The notes beneath the pieces are model-generated. The model was given only the letters and a program-made list of their open reading frames with translations. It did not search any database and was not told the origin of the DNA. A stretch of DNA of 64,000 nucleotides from an uncultured Methylomirabilota bacterium (GTDB lineage Bacteria; Methylomirabilota; Methylomirabilia; Methylomirabilales; 2-02-FULL-66-22), in the NCBI GenBank assembly GCA_963845565.1, contig CAWJSJ010000001.1, forward strand, positions 672,001 through 736,000, in the 5' to 3' direction. This document shows, one piece after another, positions 42,651 to 52,125 of the stretch (position 1 is the first letter of the stretch; every line of letters begins with the position of its first letter). The translations under genes and the position numbers were made by a program.

Positions 42651-43975
42651 CGGACGCCGCCCTGATGACGCACCTCCTCCCCGCCTTGCGGGAATGCGTC
42701 GGGCCCGACGGGCTGCGCGAAGCGGCGGCGACTGCAGCCTATTCGTTGGACGGGGTCGAACCCTGGGCGGCGGTCGTGCCGTGCGACGAGGACGAGGCAT
42801 CCCGCGCGCTGGCCCTGGCGTCCGAGCATGGGTTGGCGGTCGTGCCCTGGGGCGGGGGCGCCCACCAGTCGGTAGGCCACCTCCCCACGCGCTACGACCT
42901 GGCGCTGGATCTCCGGCGGATGAATCAGATTCGCGCGTACGAACCGGCGGATATGACCGTCACGGTCCACGCGGGAGTCACGGTCGCCGACCTGCAGCGG
43001 GTCCTCGCGGAGGCCGATCAGTTCTTCCCCCTGGACCCGCCGCTTCCCGATCGCGCCACGATCGGCGGGGTGGTGGCCGCGAACCTCAACGGTCCGTTGC
43101 GCTGCCGGTACGGGACGGTCCGCGACCTGGTGCTGGGGATGCGCGTGGCGCATGCGGACGGTACGATCACCAAGGCGGGCGCCCGCGTCGTGAAGAATGC
43201 CACGGCCTACGACGTGACCAAGCTGCACGTGGGGGCCCACGGGACGCTGGGGATGGTCCTCGAGGCCACCCTTCGGGTACAGCCGCGGCCGGCTCTCGAG
43301 CGGGGCTGGTGGCTGGTCGGTGCGCCCGTCGAGGAATGCCAGACCCTTGCCACACGTCTGCTCGGCTCGCATCTGGCGCCCAATCGCCTGGAAGTCATCG
43401 TCGGGGACGGCAGGGCGATCTGTGGCTCGCCGGAACCCGGCCCAGCGCTGATGATCAGCTTCGCCGGGGTTCAGGACGCGGTCGAGGACCAAGCGGCGGC
43501 GCTTGACGGACTGGCACGGCGCGCGGGGTTCCGGATTGTCGCCGTCGAGAATGGCCCCGCGGTGTGGCGGATGCTCCAGGATTTTCCCTGGGGATTCACC
43601 ATGCATGGGACGGCGTTCCGGATAGCCTGGCGCGCGAGCGTGCTGCCATCCGATTGCGCCAAGACCATGCAGGCGCTCGCCGCCGGCATACCCCCGACCG
43701 GCATGGCCATGGCGGCCACGGTCGCCCATGGGGTACTCCGGGGCGAGATCTGCGCCGCCAGACCGGACGATCTCGTCGTCCGATTGCGGGAGGCGCGGGA
43801 GGCGGTGAGCGGGGTGGGTGGGTTCCTGGTCGTGACGGCCGCTCCCGCGCCGATCCGGGGGGCGGTCACCATGTGGGGTCCCACGCCGGGCGACGCGGCC
43901 CTGATGCGACAACTCAAGGCGGCATTCGACCCGCGAGGCGTGTTGAACCCTGGGCGTTTCATAGACGGTCTGTAA
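42647..43975 (+). CDS. glcE: Glycolate oxidase FAD-binding subunit
   Basis: ATIGG, GTVRDLVLG, VVKNATAYD, FDPRGVLNPGR. Confidence 0.85.
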   Translation: MTDAALMTHLLPALRECVGPDGLREAAATAAYSLDGVEPWAAVVPCDEDEASRALALASEHGLAVVPWGGGAHQSVGHLPTRYDLALDLRRMNQIRAYEPADMTVTVHAGVTVADLQRVLAEADQFFPLDPPLPDRATIGGVVAANLNGPLRCRYGTVRDLVLGMRVAHADGTITKAGARVVKNATAYDVTKLHVGAHGTLGMVLEATLRVQPRPALERGWWLVGAPVEECQTLATRLLGSHLAPNRLEVIVGDGRAICGSPEPGPALMISFAGVQDAVEDQAAALDGLARRAGFRIVAVENGPAVWRMLQDFPWGFTMHGTAFRIAWRASVLPSDCAKTMQALAAGIPPTGMAMAATVAHGVLRGEICAARPDDLVVRLREAREAVSGVGGFLVVTAAPAPIRGAVTMWGPTPGDAALMRQLKAAFDPRGVLNPGRFIDGL

Positions 43976-43988
43976 TTGGGGGCGAGGC

Positions 43989-45380
43989 TTGAGGACAGAG
44001 ACGCCGGTGACACCCTCCGAGGCGAGTGAGAGCCCGCGGCCATCCCTCCCACAGAGTTGGCCCGGGTGGCCGCCGATTCAGGACTGCGTGCACTGCGGCC
44101 TGTGCCTCGCCAGCTGCCCGACGTATCTGAGCACGGGAATCGAGATGTCCTCGCCTCGGGGGCGGATCGCCATGGTGCGAGCCCTGGGCGACGGGCGCGG
44201 CGGCTTCAGCCCGGAACTGGTCAAGCACCTCGATCAGTGCCTGGGGTGTCTGGCGTGCGAGGTGGCGTGTCCGTCCGGTGTGGTCTACGGGCATGCCTTG
44301 GAGGAGGCGCGCGAAGCCATCGAGGCACAGTACGAGCGTGCGCCGGCGGATCGCCTGATGCGTTGGCTCCTGGAGCACCTGTTTCCCTATCCGCATCGGT
44401 TGCGGTGGGCGCTCCACGCCCTGTACCTGTACCAGCGGTTCGGAGTCTCCCGGGCGGTTCGCGCCTCCGGGCTGCTGCGTGCGCTGTCGGGACGGCTGGC
44501 CCAGATGGAGGCGCTCCTGCCGACGGTACCGTCCCCGCGGGAGCGCCGACCGCTTCCCGAGGTCACGCTGGCCGCGCGCCCCCGGCGCGGCCGGGTCGGA
44601 TTCCTGACCGGGTGCGCGCAACGGTATCTCCTGCCGGGACTCAACCGGGCGACGGTGCGGGTGCTGGCCGCGGCCGGCTTTGACGTGGTGACACCCCCGA
44701 CCCAGGGGTGCTGCGGCGCGCTCCACGCGCACGCCGGCGATCTGGGCGAAGCGCGGAGCATGGCCCGCGCAGTTATCGAGACGTTCGAAGGGGCGCAGGT
44801 GGACATGGTGGTCGCCAACGCCGCCGGGTGCGGCGCGGCCATGAAGCAGTACGGGCACCTGCTGCGCGACGATTCGGCCTGGCGGGAGCGCGCCGTACGG
44901 TTCAGCGCGCAGGTCCGCGATGTCACCCAGGTCCTGGCCGACGTCCCCTGGAATGGAGAGCTGCGCACCGTGCCGGTGTCGGTGACCTACCACGAGGCCT
45001 GCCATCTCGCGCACGCGCAGCGGATCCGCAGCGAACCGCGGACCGTCCTGATGCAGATCCCTGGGTTGCGCCTCGTCGAGCTGACCGAGTCGGATCTCTG
45101 TTGCGGCAGCGCCGGCACGTACAACATGCTTCAGCCCGAGATGGCGAACCGACTCCTGGCGCGGAAAGTGGACCGTATTCGGCAGGCCGACACCGATTTC
45201 GTCGCGGCCGGCAACATTGGCTGCCTCCTGCAGATCCAGCTCGGCTTGCAGGAGGCGGGCGCTCGAACGCGTGCCATCCATCCCGTCGAATTGCTGGACT
45301 GGGCCCTCCACGGGATGCCGGGGAGGGCACCGGGCGCCCACCCCGAGCAGGAGAAAGCGAGAACGCGCACCAGCCCGTGA
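43989..45380 (+). CDS. glcF: Glycolate oxidase Fe-S subunit
   Basis: CVHCGLCLASCPTY, SPRGRI, CLGCLACEVACP, two CCG domains. Confidence 0.9.
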   Translation: MRTETPVTPSEASESPRPSLPQSWPGWPPIQDCVHCGLCLASCPTYLSTGIEMSSPRGRIAMVRALGDGRGGFSPELVKHLDQCLGCLACEVACPSGVVYGHALEEAREAIEAQYERAPADRLMRWLLEHLFPYPHRLRWALHALYLYQRFGVSRAVRASGLLRALSGRLAQMEALLPTVPSPRERRPLPEVTLAARPRRGRVGFLTGCAQRYLLPGLNRATVRVLAAAGFDVVTPPTQGCCGALHAHAGDLGEARSMARAVIETFEGAQVDMVVANAAGCGAAMKQYGHLLRDDSAWRERAVRFSAQVRDVTQVLADVPWNGELRTVPVSVTYHEACHLAHAQRIRSEPRTVLMQIPGLRLVELTESDLCCGSAGTYNMLQPEMANRLLARKVDRIRQADTDFVAAGNIGCLLQIQLGLQEAGARTRAIHPVELLDWALHGMPGRAPGAHPEQEKARTRTSP

Positions 45381-45455
45381 GCAGCCACGGCGCGTGACAC
45401 GCTGCGCACACACCCTCGAATAGCGAACGTCCAACGTTCAGAAAAGGAGCAGACC

Positions 45456-45929
45456 ATGGCAGCGGAAGTAGGACAGAAGGCACCGGAGTTCACACTGGTC
45501 GGCACGGACCTGAAGGCGGTCGGTCTGAAGGATTTTGCGAACAAGAACGTCGTCCTGGCGTTCTACCCGGCGGCGTTCACCGGCGTATGCGAGAAGGAAT
45601 TGTGCACCTTTCGGGACGCCTTGAACGATTTTGCGAGCGCCAGCACCGCGGTGGTGGGGGTCAGCGTGGACTCGCCGTTCGCCAACAAGGAATTCGCCGG
45701 AAAGAACGGCCTGAATTTCCCGCTCCTGTCGGATCTCAACCGGGATGCCATCGCCAAGTACGACGTGGTGTTCAACGACCTGGCGGGCGTCAAGGGCTTC
45801 ACGGTGGCGAAGCGGTCCGTGTTCGTCATCGACAAGTCCGGGACCATTCGGTACCGGTGGGTCGCCCCGGAGCCCAAGGTCGAGCCGGACTACGCCGAGG
45901 TGAAGGCGGCCGTCAAGAAGCTCGGCTAG
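45456..45929 (+). CDS. Peroxiredoxin (AhpE/BCP-like)
   Basis: [26 protein letters not shown]. Confidence 0.9.
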   Translation: MAAEVGQKAPEFTLVGTDLKAVGLKDFANKNVVLAFYPAAFTGVCEKELCTFRDALNDFASASTAVVGVSVDSPFANKEFAGKNGLNFPLLSDLNRDAIAKYDVVFNDLAGVKGFTVAKRSVFVIDKSGTIRYRWVAPEPKVEPDYAEVKAAVKKLG

Positions 45930-45956
45930 TCGGATGCTGAAGAACCGGTTTTCGCC

Positions 45957-46099
45957 CAGGTTGCTCAAAAAGGTCCAGATGCAAGGCGGCGCGCAAAGGG
46001 CGGGGCACCCACCGAAGGTGGGTCAAGGCGTACTCCAGGTACGCCGCAGCGAGTGCCCGAGCAAGCCAACGCAGCAGATGGGCCTTTTTCAGCGGCCTG
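45957..46099 (-). mobile_element. MITE-like repeat family C, copy 4
   Basis: Closely resembles 16507-16631 with a longer central part; extra TIR-like arm at 45930-45956 abutting the prx TAG. Confidence 0.85.
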
Positions 46100-46112
46100 C
46101 GAGGGAGTCCCC

Positions 46113-46635
46113 ATGTTCAGCGAGCTGGCCAAGGGGTTGGCGACAACCCTGAAGCACATGTTTCGAAAGACGGAGACAGTCGGGTACCCGGAGCAGCGGC
46201 TACCGCTAGCGCCGCGGTATCGCGGCCGGCACATCCTGATCAAGGATGAGGATGGGCTGGAGCGCTGCGTGGGGTGCGAGCTGTGCGCCGTCGCCTGCCC
46301 GGCGGACGCGATCTACATCGAGGCGGCGGAGAACACGGATGACGCAGCGGGTCTCCCACGGCGAGCGGTACGCCAAGGTGTACAAGATCCACATGCTGCG
46401 GTGCATCTTCTGCGGGATGTGCGAAGAGGCCTGCCCGGAGGACGCCATCTTCATGGGGAAGCAGTACGAACTGGCATCCTATCGGCGGGACGATTTCGTG
46501 TACAGCAAGGAACGGCTGCTGCTGCCGCTGCGGGAAGCGGCCAAGCAGCGCCCGGAGCTGCTCCAGCCCGGAACAGGACTCGGGATGGGGCAGCAGTACA
46601 GACCGGCCCAACAGATGCCGGCGTCACGAACCTAG
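46113..46635 (+). CDS. nuoI: NADH-quinone oxidoreductase subunit I (copy 2), +1 frameshift near 46340
   Basis: [24 protein letters not shown] then, in the next frame, [18 protein letters not shown]. Confidence 0.88.
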
Positions 46636-46677
46636 CGCGAGCGCTGCTCGCGGTTCACAGGGGGAGGGGGGATTACC

Positions 46678-47304
46678 ATGGCGTACGAGTGGAAACTGAA
46701 GGCTCGTCCGTATTCGGACGAAGAGGCCAAGAAGCTGCTGGCGAATGTGGTCAGCTCTGAAACGACCGATTGGCACTACAACACGCACCACAAGGGGTAC
46801 GTGACGGCCCTGAACAACATCGAGAAGGGGCTGGAGACGGCGGACCGCGCGGCGGCGAACGGCAACTACAGCGTGATCGGTGAACTCAAGCGCCGGTTCA
46901 CCTGGAACCATGCCGGCACGTTGCTCCACGACATCTATTGGGAGGTCTTGGGCGGCGACGGGGACCCGAAGAAAGGCGCGGATGTCCTCGCGACCATCGA
47001 GCGCGACTTCGGAAGCTTCGACACGTGGAAGGCAGATTTCAAGGCCGCCACGGTGTCGGCGAAGCTGAGCGGCTGGGGCTTGCTGGTCTACGACCGACTC
47101 GGCTCGCAGCGACTCCTGAACGTCCTGGTGGACGAACACCACTACGGGGCCATCTGGGGCGGGGTTCCGCTGGTCGCCTGCGACGTGTTCGAGCACGCCT
47201 ACTACCACAAGGACGGCCCGGCCCGCGCCAAGTACATCGACAATTTCCTGGCCGGTTTGCACTGGGGACGGGTCAACGACCGGTTCAAGAAGTACTGTAA
47301 GTAG
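46678..47304 (+). CDS. sod: Fe/Mn superoxide dismutase
   Basis: [35 protein letters not shown]. Confidence 0.92.
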   Translation: MAYEWKLKARPYSDEEAKKLLANVVSSETTDWHYNTHHKGYVTALNNIEKGLETADRAAANGNYSVIGELKRRFTWNHAGTLLHDIYWEVLGGDGDPKKGADVLATIERDFGSFDTWKADFKAATVSAKLSGWGLLVYDRLGSQRLLNVLVDEHHYGAIWGGVPLVACDVFEHAYYHKDGPARAKYIDNFLAGLHWGRVNDRFKKYCK

Positions 47305-47329
47305 TCGGTGTAACCCATTACAGAAATGT

Positions 47330-47372
47330 AACAACAGCCGCGCCGATGATCTTCGGCTCGGCTGTTGTTTTT
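47330..47372 (+). terminator. Rho-independent terminator after sod
   Basis: AACAACAGCCG..CGGCTGTTGTT hairpin followed by a T run. Confidence 0.75.
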
Positions 47373-47518
47373 CGTGTCCCGATCCGTGAAACGTCACATG
47401 TCGGAGAGTGAGGCGACCCTGCGCGGCACCATCACACGGGTATGCCCCGGTCCACCGTCGCCAAGCCTTGCAGGCCATTTGCCTCCAGCCCGTCACCTAC
47501 GCCCACGACACGAACAGC

Positions 47519-47825
47519 TATCACACCACGGCCCGCGGGGACCGGCGCGTGGCGGCCTATATCGAGGGCCTGTCGCGAACCGACCAAGCCATCATCGCCG
47601 TCGCCTTGACGGGGGTCGCCGAGCGTGGCCGGGAGGCCCGGGGGGTCACCTTGCGGCAGCTCGGTGGCAAGCTGTAGGAGCTCCGGATCGGTCCGCACCG
47701 GGTCTTCTATGTCCTCTGGCACCCGGCGGAGATTGTGCTGCTCAATGCCTATCAGAAACAGACGCAGAAAGCGCCCGCGCGGCACGTGAAGGTCGCGCAG
47801 CGCCGGATGGCAGCGGGAAGCAGAG
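47519..47825 (+). pseudogene. RelE/HigB-like (Gp49/DUF891) toxin remnant with in-frame amber stop
   Basis: YHTTARGDRRVAAYIEGL..RQLGGKL*ELRIGPHRVFY..IVLLNAYQKQTQKAP..AQRR; TAG at 47675-47677 where Trp is expected; no good start. Confidence 0.7.
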
Positions 47826-48074
47826 GGGGCAATTGGGCGACGGCAGGCGAGTCGATTAGGCACGAGTCAACCGGGCAGGGGTCGAGGAATCCGACAAAGA
47901 GGACCCTGGGGGTCCGACGGCGCGTTTTCTGCTTGCCTCGAGACCGGTCAGGCCTTATCCTTACCCGTCTTTTTGCCACAGCGGGTGAACCCTGTTGGCG
48001 GAGTCGGGATCACATCATGGGGGCAGCGGTGCCCCTCTGACGCTGCGGGACGCAGCAGAAGGGAGCGGCTAGAG

Positions 48075-48248
48075 ATGGCTGAGAGCAAGGTACAAAAGGT
48101 GGCTCGCCAGAGCGCTGTGCGGAAGTCGGTCGGGACCTGCCAGTGCGGCGGCGAGCTGATCTGGGCCCAGGTGGTCACGGCCCGCCCGCGCATGATGAAG
48201 ATCTGCGAGAAGTGCGGCGCTTTCCACGACAAGGAACAATCCTCCTAG
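48075..48248 (+). CDS. Small zinc-ribbon protein (57 aa)
   Basis: CQCGG..CEKCG; AAGGGAG RBS; typical codon usage. Confidence 0.65.
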   Translation: MAESKVQKVARQSAVRKSVGTCQCGGELIWAQVVTARPRMMKICEKCGAFHDKEQSS

Positions 48249-48473
48249 CCACCCCTCGCACGCCTGTTTCGACGGTGGGAACTCACACCTCCTGTTGGGC
48301 GGTCGCTGACCCACAGAACAGGAGAGATGTTGAGGGTGTGTTCGCCGTCGACATCGATCGAGGCGGGCGTCGGCTCGGGACCATGTTCGAGTTGAGGCCA
48401 ACGCCCCGAGAATCCTCGCGATTCTCGGGGCGTTGCGTTTCGCGCTACACACGTCGGGGCCGTCCCGGCGGCT

Positions 48474-49235
48474 ATGGAGTCTTCCGTGGAGAACCCGCCA
48501 CCGTTGGATCGGATGTTACGGAATCGGCTGACCGCCGTGTTCCTGGCGGCGTTCGAGGACCCCGCGCAGCGGGACGCGTTGGACTGGCTGTCGCTGTATT
48601 GCGAGCTCGCACCGGGTTGGAACAACGGGCTCGTGCCGGTGGCTGCGCTCCTGAAGGCACGATCTGGCGCAAGCCGGGTCGCGTTACAGGAGGCGGTGGG
48701 GAGCCTCGGCGGGATTCTGCAATGGCAGCCGGGCGAATCGGCCGGCGTCGCCCCGGAACCCGTATTGCTCGCGTGCCTCGCGCCGGTGACCGCGATGGTT
48801 CGGCTCTATCTGACGGTCCTACACGAGGCGGACGGGCGGCGGGCGACGCTGGACGCGATGGAGCCCCTCTCGAGAACGGTCACCGAGGCCGCTTTCTGTT
48901 TCAATGCCGGGCTGTTCTTCGAGGCCCACGAGCATCTGGAGCATCGGTGGGTGGCGTTGCCGCGCGGACCCGTCAGGCGGTTTGTGCAAGGGATCATTCA
49001 GATCAGTGTCGGCTTGTATCATGCCCGGCGGGGGAGCTACCACGGTGCCGTCAATCAATTGGCGAAAGGACTGGAGAAGCTGGGGGGCCTGAGCGGTTCC
49101 GTGATGGGGTTGGACTGCGGCCAGCTCGTGCGCGAAGTGGACGCCTTCCGCCGGCGACTCGTTGTCCGTGGCTCCGACGACCGGGGACCCGCACGGCTTG
49201 AAGAGATGCCGCGCATACGTATGATGAATCTCTGA
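48474..49235 (+). CDS. DUF309 domain protein with N-terminal extension
   Basis: FNAGLFFEAHEHLEHRW..QGIIQISVGLYH..G. Confidence 0.8.
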   Translation: MESSVENPPPLDRMLRNRLTAVFLAAFEDPAQRDALDWLSLYCELAPGWNNGLVPVAALLKARSGASRVALQEAVGSLGGILQWQPGESAGVAPEPVLLACLAPVTAMVRLYLTVLHEADGRRATLDAMEPLSRTVTEAAFCFNAGLFFEAHEHLEHRWVALPRGPVRRFVQGIIQISVGLYHARRGSYHGAVNQLAKGLEKLGGLSGSVMGLDCGQLVREVDAFRRRLVVRGSDDRGPARLEEMPRIRMMNL

Positions 49236-49369
49236 CGGCGTCTCCGGCCCGTCCGGCGGCTTCGCTCGACAGCGGTTCGCAAACTTGCTAGATTCGGAGG
49301 CATCGCGGCGCCGCGAGGTGCAATCGCGTGGCGGAGCCATCGGAGGTCGTCCGGCACGAAGAGGCAAGC

Positions 49370-50686
49370 ATGGGGTACCAGCCGATTGTCCGAGAGGCGC
49401 AGCGGACGTTTCCCCTCGCCTCGGCGTCCCTGTGGGACCTGCTGGCCAACACCGACCACCTGGACCGCTCGATCGGCCTGCCGCACGTGGCGTTTGGGCC
49501 ACTCACGGTCACGGCAGACGCTCTCTATCGTGAGGCGACGGCGCGCTTCTGGCATTTCCTGCGTATGACCTGGCGCGAATACCCATTCGAGTGGGTCCGA
49601 GGCCAGCGATACGCGGTCTTGCGCCTCTTCGACTCGGGACCGTTGAACGCGTTCTACGGTGGCGTGGAGGTGACGGACGAGGGCCAGCGGAGCCGCCTGC
49701 GGGTATTCGCAGAATTCACGCCGCGGACGCCGCTGGGCTGGGCCATGGCGCGGATGCTGGCACGGAAAGGGATCCGGGACATCTTCGCCTACTGCCAGCG
49801 ATTCGTCGCCCTCCGCACCTCGAACTTGGACATCGGTCTGCCACCGCCGCCGCGGGTGAGCCCCGTGAACCGTTCCATGCTTGATCGGATGTCTGGCGCG
49901 CTGCAGGGCGAGACGGTGGGCGCCCCCCTAATGGCGCGTTTTGTCCGGCACGTGGCGACCGCCTCGGATGCCGAGGTGCTGCGGATGCAGCCGTACGGGC
50001 TGGCGGACGCGTGGGGAGCGGACCGGGCGGAGATGCTGCGGCTGCTCGTCGGTGCGGAGCGACAGGGGGCGCTGCAGCAGACCTGGGAGGTGATGTGTCC
50101 GAACTGCCGGGTGCCGACGGTACGGACCGGCAGCCTGGCCGGCGTTCCGGACCGGCTCCATTGCGACACCTGCGGCATCGCGTACGACACCGACCTGGAG
50201 CGCTGGGTGGAACTGCGATACTCCGTCACCCCCCAGCTGCGACCGGCGAAGGACGAGGTGTATTGCATCGGAGGACCGGCCAACGCGCCGCACGTGTGGG
50301 CACAGCACTACATGCTGCCCGGGACGGAGCGGACCTTCTCCCTCACGTTGCCTGAGGAAGCGTTTCGCGTGCGGGTTCTTCGGGTCAATCGGATGTGCCC
50401 GCTGGAGCCGGACCACGCCGCCGTCGGTGACGCGACCTTCACCTACCGCCCGGATGGCTGGTTCCAGATCCGTCAAGGGTTCCGGCCCGGCTCCGTGACG
50501 GTGCGGCTCCGGAACGAGGCGCCGCACGTTGCGGTCGTAGTGCTGGAGCGCGTCCAAGCAGACCCGCGGGCCATCACCGCGGCGCAGGTCCTGCGGCAGT
50601 CGGAATTCCGCGAGATCGCCGGGGCTGGCGTGGCTCCACCCGGCACGTCGAGCGACGGCGTCGACGCGCCACCGAAGCGGCGCTGA
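49370..50686 (+). CDS. SRPBCC-like plus DUF5939-like protein lacking the usual cyclase domain
   Basis: WDLLANTD, W.EYPFEW, WEVMCPNC..HCDTC..VELRY..YCIGGP..PHV.AQ, TAAQV. Confidence 0.7.
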   Translation: MGYQPIVREAQRTFPLASASLWDLLANTDHLDRSIGLPHVAFGPLTVTADALYREATARFWHFLRMTWREYPFEWVRGQRYAVLRLFDSGPLNAFYGGVEVTDEGQRSRLRVFAEFTPRTPLGWAMARMLARKGIRDIFAYCQRFVALRTSNLDIGLPPPPRVSPVNRSMLDRMSGALQGETVGAPLMARFVRHVATASDAEVLRMQPYGLADAWGADRAEMLRLLVGAERQGALQQTWEVMCPNCRVPTVRTGSLAGVPDRLHCDTCGIAYDTDLERWVELRYSVTPQLRPAKDEVYCIGGPANAPHVWAQHYMLPGTERTFSLTLPEEAFRVRVLRVNRMCPLEPDHAAVGDATFTYRPDGWFQIRQGFRPGSVTVRLRNEAPHVAVVVLERVQADPRAITAAQVLRQSEFREIAGAGVAPPGTSSDGVDAPPKRR

Positions 50687-50764
50687 CGACGAGGTGGCGC
50701 AGGCGCGCGGAACATCATCCCGGCCGGGTTCAAGGCGACGGGGAAGAGCAGGGAGGGTTGAGGA

Positions 50765-51658
50765 ATGGCACGACCGTCTGGACGCAAGGCGAGCAAATAC
50801 GCGTTCCTTCTTGGCGAGCACATCTCTCATTCGCTGTCACCCGCCATCCACAATCCCGCGTACACGGCCCTGGGATTGGACTACGAATTTGGCTTGATGG
50901 ACGTCCCGCCGTCGGGACTCCGGGAAGCGCTGGCGCGCATGCGGGAGCCGGACTGCCTGGGGGGCAATATCACCATGCCCTACAAGCGCGACGTCCTGGC
51001 CGCAGCGGACGAGTGCTCGGACACGGTCCGTCGGTGCGAGGCCGCCAGCCTCATGATTAACCGCAAGGGGCGGTTCTTGCTGCACAACAATGATGTCGAA
51101 GCGATCGCTGCGTGCCTGGGTCGTCGCGCGGCCACGGTGGCCAAGGGCCCCGCGGTGATCATCGGGGCAGGGGGCTCGGCCGCCGCGATGCTGGAGGCGC
51201 TGCGCCGCGTGCCACCGACCCGAATCGTCGTGCTGGCTAGGCGGCCGGAAGCCGCCAAGGCGCTCGTCGAGCGGGCCAAAGAGTGGGTCGGAGTTCCGAT
51301 CGAGTCGGGTCATCTCGCGGAAGGTGGCGGGAAGATGGCCGACGCGGCCGTCATTTTCAACGCGACATCCCTGGGCGTGCACCCGGATGACCCCAGCCCG
51401 GTGCCCCGGGAGGTCTTGCGACCTGGCCTGCTGGTCTATGACATCGTGTACCAACGTGAGGCGCTAAACACGCTGCAAACCGAGGCCCTGGCTGCAGGCG
51501 CACTGGTGTGCGACGGGATGATGCACATCTTTGAGCAAGCACCGTTCAGTTTCCAGATGCTCACGGACCGCGAGGCGCCGCGCGCTTTGATGCTGGAGAG
51601 TCTGGTCGCGGCGACCGGGCGCAAGCCACTCGATTGGGGGTCGGATTCAACCGTGTGA
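50765..51658 (+). CDS. Shikimate/quinate dehydrogenase family protein (AroE-like)
   Basis: HSLSPAIHN, NITMPYK, GAGGSA, NATSLG, YDIVY. Confidence 0.85.
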   Translation: MARPSGRKASKYAFLLGEHISHSLSPAIHNPAYTALGLDYEFGLMDVPPSGLREALARMREPDCLGGNITMPYKRDVLAAADECSDTVRRCEAASLMINRKGRFLLHNNDVEAIAACLGRRAATVAKGPAVIIGAGGSAAAMLEALRRVPPTRIVVLARRPEAAKALVERAKEWVGVPIESGHLAEGGGKMADAAVIFNATSLGVHPDDPSPVPREVLRPGLLVYDIVYQREALNTLQTEALAAGALVCDGMMHIFEQAPFSFQMLTDREAPRALMLESLVAATGRKPLDWGSDSTV

Positions 51659-51682
51659 GTCATGAGGGTTGGAGGTCTAGGC

Positions 51683-51934
51683 TCAAGGTTGAAGGTTGAC
51701 ACTATTCTGCCCCTTCCTCGTGGCGCGCCAGGTCCGCCGGAACCGCGGGAACCTTCCTCTCTGTTTCTCTCGTGATGGCTTGAACCGCCCCGTCAAGTTC
51801 CTGCGCAAGCCGTTCGACCAGGATCAGGTCGGACCCTGCACGGCCCAGAGCCCTCGCAACAGCGAACCCGATCCCACGTGCCGACTCGGTAACCAGGTAA
51901 CCTTTCCAACGAGTGAGAATCCTGTCGGAATCAT
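51683..51934 (-). pseudogene. Truncated SDR oxidoreductase N-terminus
   Basis: GGAGA RBS; MIPTGFSLVGKVT/(frameshift)VTESARGIGFAVARALGRAGSDLILVER..VPADL then a stop; about 80 codons only. Confidence 0.65.
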
Positions 51935-52035
51935 CTGGTCTCCATCTGAGGATCGCTCAATAAGGCAGATCATCCGTGGCGGCCTCCGGCGAAAGGCGGG
52001 CGGCGGAGTCCAAGGAATAGACACGTTCCGTAATA

Positions 52036-52110
52036 GCGCTTGACAGGATTTCTTACGCTATGCTATCGATATTTTGACAATATAACACGAATATATTACT
52101 AACATTTTGA
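52036..52110. promoter_or_regulatory. AT-rich promoter/operator region upstream of GntR
   Basis: Two TTGACA hexamers (52040, 52074) in an AT-rich tract. Confidence 0.45.
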
Positions 52111-52125
52111 GTGGAAGAGAATCCA

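Noticed and set aside
47675..47677. Pyrrolysine or amber readthrough in the toxin
   Set aside because: The position corresponds to a conserved Trp (single TGG-to-TAG change), the gene also lacks a start, and no pyl genes are seen
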